A stretch of 64,000 nucleotides of DNA from Trichinella spiralis (lineage: Eukaryota), in contig NW_003526948.1 of NCBI RefSeq assembly GCF_000181795.1, positions 2,954,945-3,018,944 on the forward strand. The letters run 5' to 3'. The notes under the pieces are model-generated. The model did no database searches and had not been told where the DNA came from. It worked only from the letters and a program-made list of their open reading frames with translations. Numbering within the stretch: position 1 is the first letter of the stretch; the number at the start of each line of letters is the position of its first letter. This document shows, one piece after another, positions 54,190 to 64,000 of this stretch. A program made the position numbers and the translations under genes.

Positions 54190-56254
54190 GGCGCGCTAAG
54201 GGCGCGGCCTTTTTTTGAAATTGCCGCTCTGCAAGCATGAAAAAGTTGAAAAAGACGGATGGCTTTGAAAAGAGTCGCGCTTTCAAAAGCTGAAGCCAAA
54301 AATTCCTACAAGCTGCCCCTTCCCCCCCCCCTCCGCTTATACACATACACACACGATCAATGGGATCGACCTGCTCCAAAATGACCAAGAAGTAAGTGAT
54401 CGCAGTCGAGCACGAACCTTGTGTACAAGTTGCATTATTCATATCAGCTTATTCAAAACAGCTTCACCTCCATGTGTGCATTTACATATATAAACAAAAA
54501 TATATATATATATGCAAATATACATACATACATGTATATGTATGTTAGTTATACTGAAATCTGTTTTATGCTTAATAATGGTCAAATCGGTTTTGCTATT
54601 TATAATGTAAATAGAAATTACATAATCGCTGTCTGTTAAAGAAAGGTTAACTCAGAGTAGGAATATACATGAATAAAAAGAGAGCAAAACAATGCAACGA
54701 CCGTCAAATTTCCTTCATCGAAACGTCAGACAGGAAAGGGGAAGGAAATGAGAAATCAATAATTTTTCGACAGCAGAATAATCGTTATGCGTATAAAATG
54801 GACATTATTGATCATTCGACGATTAGAGTACTGCCACATTCAGACAACAACGGATGCCATCTGTTTTGAAAGGCTGGCGCATCACTTTTCAAAACTGCTA
54901 CTCTTCGGCAACGATTAACAAGTCTTGTGGACAGCTTTTATTTGAAATTAATTCAAAAAACTTACACATCATTACCAAATAAAATCAACTTCAAACTTTG
55001 CTTCACTGTGTGCATAAATTTGATTTACATAACAGTTTGCTGGAAAAATTTATAAATAACAATCCAATGAATCGATTCCAACAACTGAACTGACAATTCA
55101 ACGCGCTAAGACATTCAACAATAAATCAACATCACGACTCCCAGGTTCTGGGATCATCAACAAAAAGATTATTACCCGCTTTTAGCTTAGACGAATTCCA
55201 TTTTGCGCCAAATATTACTTTTTGAATAATCAGTGACAGTTTTCAAATACTTAAACAAATCGACTTCCCTAAACTCCGTGCTATCGCACTACAACATTGA
55301 TCGGCTGCTGTGATAATTTTGTAATTAAAGATATTCAAGTTTCACAGATTTTATTAGATTAATTTATGCAGTTTAAAATTTTTTTAAATATATTTTAAAA
55401 GGGAACGTTAAATTGAAGATTTTACGTGAAGCTTTCATTTTGAAGTTGCTTTTCTAAAGCTGCGATGTTTCTTCAACGCATTTCAGTATAAAGGGTGCAA
55501 AGCAGCACTCGATTTGCTTCCATATGCCGTCGAATGAATTATTTAAAAGGAACGCAGCAATGAACGTCATGATTGAATCAACCCAGCATTTTTTTGAAAT
55601 TCCATTTCATTATTTACTTCTTGTCTAATTAGAATCTAAATGAAACAATCGGTAGTTGCTTTTTGAATAATTTTTGAATTTTTGAAAAAAAAAACTATTT
55701 CACCAAACACTGCGCTGCGTAGAATAAGTCGAAATTCAATGGTTGTAACACTAATCAAACAGCGAAACAATCGATGAATAAATTTCATAAAACTGCATCA
55801 TCCATGGCAAAAGCAGCAGTCAATTGCAAGTCAAAACACAATTATTGTATATTGATTATCAATCATGGACTTTATTTGGATTCAATCACAATGTTGAATG
55901 ATAAAAGCAAAATCAATTCATAAGACAGTAGTTTTGGCTAGCGCAAAACACGCTTCTTTCTATTATTCTTTGTCATTGCAATAAAGCTGAATGCGCAGGA
56001 TCGATGGGTTGGTTCATCGATGTTTCACTGTCAGCATAACAATAATTAACCAATATTAAAAATTGTGATTTATAATTTAAATTTTACGTTTTACTCAGAA
56101 AATTTAAACCTTAAAAAGATTGTTTTCATTCAATGAAAACATTGTGAAAAAATATGAAATGAAAATTTTATTAAATATTAATTTCTCGCAGACAATATTA
56201 CAGTACGATGTATGCTTTAAAATGACAATAGAAAAACAATGGCAATGTTACCAT

Positions 56255-56257
<3 letters not shown>

Positions 56258-56288
<31 letters not shown>
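56258..56288. repeat. (TTA)n microsatellite
   Basis: About 10 perfect TTA units downstream of the SEC14-like gene. Confidence 0.9.
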
Positions 56289-56289
<1 letters not shown>

Positions 56290-56673
56290 TCAAGATATCG
56301 ATGCAGTTAGTTGCATGCAAAAAAGCTTTTACACAAAACATTTTCCAGAAAAGTCTACAAACTTTTCACTTATGAATATGCTTTTGTTACTGCTTGTTTT
56401 TCAGTTCGAAAATAGAGCATAAGGTTGCTTGGTTTGCAACAAATTAAAGTCATCCAAAATCAATCATTTCATGTTTCTTTTTATCCTAATTGCCACTGCA
56501 TAACTTTGATAAAATGATCTCATTCAGTGAATACTTTATTATTGCAAGAAAATTCTTGAAATATGGTCATCATTATTATTAATATCATTATTATTGTACA
56601 AAACTGTGCAACACTTTCCGGAGAGAGAGAAAGAGAGAGAGAGAGAAAATGATTTCCACTTCTGAAGATGATT

Positions 56674-59600
56674 TCATGAATTGTTGTTCACTTTCACAAT
56701 GCAAGATAATTCTTTCGCAGAAAACCAACTGTAATAATTGTCAAATTCGACTACATCTTAAACAAAATAATTAGGTAAACAAAATTAAAATTAAACCAAT
56801 TTATGCATACATTTTCCTTTCTTTTCACAGGTCACTGATCCTTCAATTGGCACTAGTGAACACTCTAAGCGAATGTACGGAAAAATATTTTCCATCGTCT
56901 TGATATCAGAGTTATCTTCTCTATCAGAATAATATATAGCAAATCCGATGTCTTCAGACACAGTTTTATATTTCCAGCTTAATATAAGCAATTTAGTAAA
57001 AATTGTAAAGATAAAATAAAACCCCTTTTACTATAGCTTGCTGCCTGGACTGTCCACCATCAACTCAACAAGATGACTATTTCCAGCATAAACTGTCACA
57101 TCAGTGTACGTATCTTTATCATTTTTGATGTCATATTTATAGCAATCTGGAACTGGGCCCAGACCATAGACAATCTGAAAAATATACAATTAATTGATGA
57201 ACAGTTAATATTTTGTCCATATAAAATTACTTTGCTCGAGCATTTTTCATCTCCATTTTCATCCTTCATATTACCACCCCAGTATAATGGCCATTTATCC
57301 GGGTCGATGTAGTTAAAAAGAGATTCTTTCCAAGTGTCTAAAAATGGAATATTATTTACAATAATAGGTAATTGATTAATTTTTTCAAATCCTGAATGTT
57401 AAGTACCTGAATGCATCTCGATCAGATGTTCTGTTTCAGAAGATAAGAAAGGTCCTAATAAGTTGAAAGCAATCTTAGCTATTGTAGGCGCTGAAACACA
57501 AAATAAAATCAACTCAATCCATCAATGATTGTTATGTTGCTTACCTTGGATAACAATTATCTTTTTACACGCACCAGGATAGTTTTCTTGAAACAGAGCT
57601 AATAGCTGAAATATATCACTGAAAAGTGTAGGGTTTATGTAAGCGGTAAAAAAAGTAATTACAGTCAAATAAGAGCTTGTGAAAGGTTTGAATTTATAGT
57701 GAGATGTGCTCATATTATCCAAGTCGATTATCAGTAAGAACTGTTCATATGGAATACTTTTCTAAACCAATCAACTCATGTAAACTGAACAATGTTAATT
57801 TTCAAATGCACTGAACTTTCTTAGCAATTTCGTCCGCTTTCGCAAGAGCTTCTTCAATATGTGTGAGGCTCATTTTCACAAAATCTTGAGGCTGACAGGA
57901 ATTGAACAAGCCTGAAGTAGATCAAAAAGGACATTAAGCATCAACACATCAGGCAAGGGAACAGTTAACGTCCACCTTCAACATCGACATTGCCAAGAAG
58001 AGAAAACAAAATTGGACTGCCTTCACGATCATAGCCTGGAAATCCATGTCCGTAGTATTTCAACAGTACTTCAGGCTTTTCCCATTTCGTCAACAATTCA
58101 TCAAGGCCCCAAGCTTTTCTGAATACGAGGTGCTAAATAAATTATGATAAACGTGTGAAAACGCATATCCGTGTACGTGTATGTCAGTGCATAAATTGAA
58201 TTGCATGCAAGTTGTTCTTCTATTTGTTGTCATACCTTCTTCAATGCCTCACTTGTTGCATTGACATCATTCGAGTTGTCTGAAATAGCATTTAAATAAA
58301 CTGTCAGTTGTGAAAAGTTCAAATTTATTCAAAAAAAAATTACTCCTCAACCATCGCAAAATCAAGCCATCATTAATTTTTGTTTGACTTATACCAGGCA
58401 GTTCATTTCGAAGCTGAAAATTGCAAACAATCTGTGTGTTAAAAAACCGCTAAGTAAGTATTTTCAGAACTACAACAAAAGTTTAATTTAAAAAAAATGA
58501 TACTAACACAGTTTTAAACAATAATAATAATAATAATGACAACCAAATATTAACAAAACATGAAATGCTTATCACTGAGCCACGGTAATCGTAAATACCA
58601 ATGCACTTTGCGTTGCTAGTTTTCATTAAAAGTAACCTTAATGCAAATTATGCAGTTATTTTTGTGTATATTTGTAAAATTTACTTTCTGCCAACTATAT
58701 ATGCATCACAATGATAAATGCGAGCAGTTTGAAAGTTGAAATGCAATTCATCGCATAACATACATTCAGATCTACTTGTTAATAATTCTATTCCATTGTG
58801 AGTAAATACATTATGAATAAATCCATCCATAATGTGTAAAATCCATGTAATGGAAACAGATACCGTTTTCTTGAAATTGTATAACAATTCAAAAAAGAAA
58901 TATAACAATAAATTTACACTTTTCTCGAAATACGCATTTCAGACTAGATAGAGTGGATAAATGTATTTGAAAAAAATGTTCACTGAGAAGTGAAAAGTAT
59001 TTATTTGAAAGGAATTTCTAAAATGATAGCAAAGCAATCAATGAATGCATTTTAAATTAGTACTTGCTTTCGTTTAGAAATTAAAAGTAAGAAAGACGCT
59101 TTTTCATAGATTTTTTACACTGAGCTTGTGTGAGTCAGCTGTGAAAACAAAAGCAGTGCAATATGCAAATGCTGTAGGTGAAATTCCAGCATTTCATTAA
59201 AAAAAACATTTCACGTAGTTAGCTGCATATGTTTATGTACGAAAAAAAAAGCACTATACTGATATACACACGATTCACCAGTGTGTCAGTGACAGTTCGA
59301 AAACGAGACCTTTTTTCAACAGCGTGCTGAAAGATGGTTTTCTTTTGTAACAAAGCATGTGAAAGTTCAGCTCTAGTAAAAGTGTCAAAGGTGTAAATTG
59401 AAATGTTTTTGAAATTTCATCGTGAAAAACAGTAGGAATATTGTTTTCACCATTTGAAGTTTTCATATTTCAATTTTTCTTTTCATTTTCCAAAATCAAT
59501 TTGTCATCAATAAATTAATTAATACAAAAAAAATATTTCTAACAACTGAATTATTTCTGAATGACAGAGTTAATTTTTGTATTTCGTCTAAATGAAAATG

Positions 59601-59676
59601 AATAAAAGTATGAAAATAGAATAAGATATACCTGCTCGATTTTAGCCTTTTCTTCTGCCGTAATGCCAGGAATCAT
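56674..59676 (-). CDS. SEC14-like lipid-binding protein (CRAL-TRIO + GOLD; SEC14L2 family)
   Basis: Exons give MIPGITAEEKAKIEQ / LRNELP..DGLILRWLR / HLVFRKAWGLD..PEVLLKYYGHGFPGYDREGSPI..LGNVDVEG / IIDLDNMS..FQENYPGACKKIIVIQ / APTIAKIAFNLLGPFL / IDPDKWPLYWGGNM / GOLD segment SWKYKTVSEDIGFAIY..IEGSVTCEKKGKYVVEFDNYYSWFSAK. Stop at 56674-56676. Confidence 0.9.
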
Positions 59677-62070
59677 TTGCAAATGCGTTAATAAATTGAA
59701 CGTTGAAGCGTGAAGAAAGGCGACAATGTCAGTCCAGCTAAGCTGTCTTTACTGAACAATCTATATCACGTTTTTGAAGTAGTGATTTCATTTTGAATCA
59801 CCCCATTCCATTGGCTGAGAAATGTACAGTCACATTGTTATTGGTCAATTCGACTAAGCTTGACCTCGTTCGGCAATTCCCATACCAGCCATGACCGGCC
59901 TCCTCTACATTTCACATGCTTTTGCCACCATATTTGCACACCACAAACCCGTCTTTGAAACATTATACAAACAAGTTTGTACAGTTTGCATTATCTATAT
60001 CAAGGACATTTTTATTTTCCAAGAAATGCGACTTTCAGTTTCCCGTTGCCTTTACTCTGTGTTCGTTCCTTCAGGTGCTATTACTGACTGGCGCGCCTTT
60101 GTCCCATTTTTACTTCTTTCAATTAATTTTCCACTTCACATCTTCAATTTTCACTGCTTATACACGCTGACATAGATAGCTAAATATTCAAAATAGCTAA
60201 CAATTCGAAGAATGCAAACAAAATTGATAAACTGCATTTTACTGCTGATCACAAATTAACTAACTGCATATCCCATGCAGATGTCATTTTATTCGTATCA
60301 TCAATTATATTAATTTCATACCGCATACTGTGGCTAAAAATAAAATATCATTCCATTTTTACCATTTTCACAAGTCGCATTGTGCAAAAAACACTTTGTT
60401 CCAATTTTACTTTAGCCGCATATATATATAACAGAAATGCCGTAAGTTATTATTAATATCGGCATTGCAAAATGAATATAATTTAAATAAAAATGACTAT
60501 TTTTGAAAAATAATAAAAGAGCATTAACAAGAAGAAAAACAACAACTAACAGCATTTCACTTTCGTCATTTCAGTATGCGATGTTGTGCTATGAGAAATT
60601 GATCATGCCAAGTTGATATTAAACGATAAAATTTAACAAAGAAAAAAGATGGTTGTTTTTCAATTGGAGGCAATTAAAATCAGCAGCACAATATCCATTT
60701 TGTGACGTGTGTTCCACCTGAATCTTATCGTCAACAACAGATCAATATGGGTCGTTGCACTTTAAAGGTTAGCGCGCATTCACTGCGTACGGTCCAAAAT
60801 GAAGCTGCATGACATCACCGGCAACCAGCCGAACTTAATTCTTCTTCGTCGACGTGCAAAAGTGAGAAAAGTTGTAATTAGTGAAACAAAAATCAGTGCA
60901 TCCAGATGAAGTTCGTAGAACGTTTGGAATATATACAACAAAAAGGTTACCACCTATCACACATCATCATCATCATCATCATTGTCGTCGTCATTATTTG
61001 CACAGCAGAAGAGGTCGCGCAAAAATTTGTCCAACGCCAACAAAACCGGGGCTTCAACGCTGTGTCTCCAATTTTGTGACCGTCACATTTCCAACATGTC
61101 AGCTTTGTCAAACAGTGTGACCCTTGGGGATCGACATGTTATTACACATTGACTGACAAAAATTCAAGAGCTTCTTGACATGATTTGCAAATTGAAATTT
61201 CACAATTTGAAATTACACAACAATTAATTCAGTCATTGAAAAAAAAAAGTTCATACGAACGATCATCACTGTACAACGACAGTAAAAACTTGCACAGTTT
61301 TCCAAAACAAAAAAAATGGAAATTGTCAAAATCACCAATATTTGATTGAAGAACAACGTACGGATTTGAACCGTACGGATCAATGTGATGATGCAATCAA
61401 TGCTTTTCACTTTTCTTTTTTAATAAAACAAAGCTTCAGTAACATTTTCTGCATGGTTGATAATGGACAATTAAAAAATGCAAATCGAAACATTCTCAAA
61501 ATACATACGCAGATAATTAATTTTTCAGATTTTGTAAAAAGAAAAAAAAGTAATAATATATATATATGCATGTCGTCGTTCGAAAATCATCGTTGCGCAC
61601 TCACTACAAACTCAGTACAGACTACAAGTGCTGGGATAATTGCATAAAAGATTGGAGACTGATAAAATAACAATTCAAAACATAAAAAACAAAATCAGTA
61701 TTTATATTTTAAAAAAAGTAGATAAATAGCGCGTTCAAATGTAGATAAATAAGTAAATACTTTTCCTGTAGAAAATATTTTAAAAAACATATTTTAAAAA
61801 AATCCATAGATATATAAGATAAATTTAGCCGCTGTCATACCGTTATTATACATGTAATGATTGTGCAGTAGACAACACAAAATACACACTCATCATTGCA
61901 TGCACCTGCATCGCATACATACATCATTGTTGCTTGTTACCACCATCATCACTCAACTGCAACAGAATTTTTCTTTCTCCCAGTTTCGGTCCTATACCAT
62001 TTCCGAATATTAAATACAAATGAGCAACGACGATGATAACAATGCAAATAAATATAATAAAATAAAGAAA

Positions 62071-63960
62071 TTACTCTTTCTGTTCGGCGCCAATTTCAAA
62101 TCGTCTGAAACACAGTTACTACTATCAATATAATGTATAATAATAATAAGGCGAAAAGCAGTCGATGATTATTTGTCGCACGATGTTGAAGTGCCACGCT
62201 TACCTGGTGGGTGATTTGCCTTGCTCGACGCTCTTTTTCAAATGCACCAATGATTCGACAAACTGTTCGCCCATTTCGATCAAATCGCGAGTTGTAATCT
62301 GATGTCCCTGGAAAAAGAAAATAGTTTCATCATTTGCAAAATCAGTAAGTTGAATAAATTTATCGAAATCAGTATACGCTCATCACCTTGTAACCACCAG
62401 TGTCAAATCCAGCATAGGAAGCTTCAAGTGTGTAAGCTCGGCTGATGCCAGTATCACGCCAAATTGCCACACGAGCTGATCCTTCTTTGTTCTTTTTAAT
62501 AGTAAAAGCGCAATATTTCAGTTCAAATGCTGTTGATGTTTCGTCCAAAATTTCGGGAAATTGCTGAAAAGGATAAAAAAGGATCATTTTTCAAAAGACG
62601 AATTTAAATGAAACGAAACAAATTTACATAATCCATTAACGAACGAACATACTGACTTACATAAAATTCGAATCCATGCTTTTGCAAACGGTCACCAGTG
62701 TACCAGGATAAGTTTGGATTGTTGCCATAGAGGAAAACGTTCATTTTCCTAGAGTGACCGTGAAAATCACAGTACACCTAAAGAAAATGAAAAAAAAATC
62801 AAAAACATTTTATTTGGTTTTGAAAATTTAACAAAACAAATTTTACAAAAGGAGTTCGACCAATTCGATGCAAGTAGGATATCAGATTTTTCGTATGATA
62901 TATGGAAGGATACATGGATCGTTCAGGGGCTACCCATTGGCGATTCAAATCCTTGCCGGCCAGAGAGCAACGGTGATTGCCATTGATGACACCGTCGACG
63001 TTAAGCATCGGTATGAGCTTGAAAATGAATTTCGATCGAGCCAGCTTAGCGAAAGGATGATCGCTGATAAGATAGTTTATCATTCCTGAAATGAAAAGAC
63101 AACGAAATTAAAAATTGCTAAATTAACACTGGTATATATGTAGTATATAATACCATGCATCATCCAGCTCGAGTTCGATTCGCCTGGATGAATACGCGCA
63201 GAGAGTACAACAATGTCTCGTGATTTCAGTTGAATACGATCACCCAATTCAGTAACTGTTACCAAAATGACCGGATTGCCGGACAAAGTGTGGCACATCA
63301 CATCCGTTCTGAAGTGGATATCTTTTTTCAACGACAAAAGTTGATTCGTTTTCACCAAATGTGTCTAAAAATATACAAAAAAAAAACAATTAAAAATTTT
63401 CACACCAAGGTCTGTTCACATATATGTATGTATTCATTTTTTCCACTGTGTTCAAAAATTCACACCTTCAACATTGTATACGTGTACGGATAGTGGTAGG
63501 CGAAATAGCAAATGTCGTATCGATGGCGAAAGTGAACATTGAACGAAGCTGTGTAATAAGAAGTAATCGTTTCAGAAGATTTGGCAGCTGCAGAGCTTGA
63601 CCCTCGCGAGTAAAAATTCCTATAATAAACACAATTGCCTCCAATTCGTACCCAACCAGGACGACCAAGCAGTGCTTCCGTGACTGAAAATACCAACGGC
63701 TGCATGCCTAACAAATAAAAAAAAAAGAAACATAAAATTCATCTGTTTATTCATCTATCTAATAAATATCTAATAAATTCCAATAAATCTAATAAAATAC
63801 CTGAATTGTACAAAGAGCGAGTTTTCACGCAGTTGATGATGTTCAATGTGTAGCTGATTTCAGTCAGCATGTTCGACACTTGAAAATAATACGTGTGATA
63901 GTATTCATTCATTTGATTGGTATCCGGAGTTAAGATCAGATCATATTCATACGGACCAAC
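62071..63960 (-). CDS. ccpp-1: Cytosolic carboxypeptidase 1 (AGTPBP1/Nna1, M14 tubulin deglutamylase), 3' part; gene begins beyond the window
   Basis: EYDLILTPDTN, GMQPLVFS, CYFAYHYPYTYT, zinc motif ARIHPGESNSSW, PMLNVDGVINGNHRCSLAGKDLNRQW, YCDFHGHSRKMNVFLYGNNP and catalytic YTLEASY. The exact last exon (62104-62071) is tentative. Confidence 0.92.
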
Positions 63961-64000
63961 CTGAAAAAATAAAATATTTAATATTAAAATAAATTTCAAA

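Noticed and set aside
60660..61140. GC-richer patch with (CAT)n and a His-rich ORF between ccpp-1 and the SEC14-like gene
   Set aside because: Non-ATG short ORF driven by a microsatellite; no consistent exon structure or RNA fold identified.

Overview
AT-rich eukaryotic genomic DNA with short GT-AG introns and TTTCAG/TTTTAG acceptors. Gene content and style point to a nematode, most plausibly a clade I species such as Trichinella; this is an inference, not checked against a database. The ORF track fragments every gene, so I spliced exons by eye. In order: a decayed ~340-bp tandem repeat (1-2.9 kb), COP9 signalosome subunit 8 (+), a short ASH2 (+), GOPC/PIST (-), an uncharacterised secreted-type Gly/Tyr-rich protein with eight 8-Cys modules (+), a CPN-3-like calponin (+), a broken partial duplicate of the mucin gene, a Glass/CHE-1 zinc-finger factor (-), a ~1360-aa SEA-domain transmembrane mucin (+), WBP11 (-), SYD-1 (-), a SEC14-like CRAL-TRIO/GOLD protein (-), and the 3' part of cytosolic carboxypeptidase 1 (-). 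I saw no tRNA, rRNA, CRISPR array or intact transposon, and no multi-gene novel system. The best leads are the exon-modular Cys-rich protein, the young duplicate with end-joining-type scars, an ASH2 lacking its N-terminal PHD/winged-helix region, a nematode CSN8, an arginine-finger-less SYD-1, and a 188-codon antisense ORF nested in a mucin intron.
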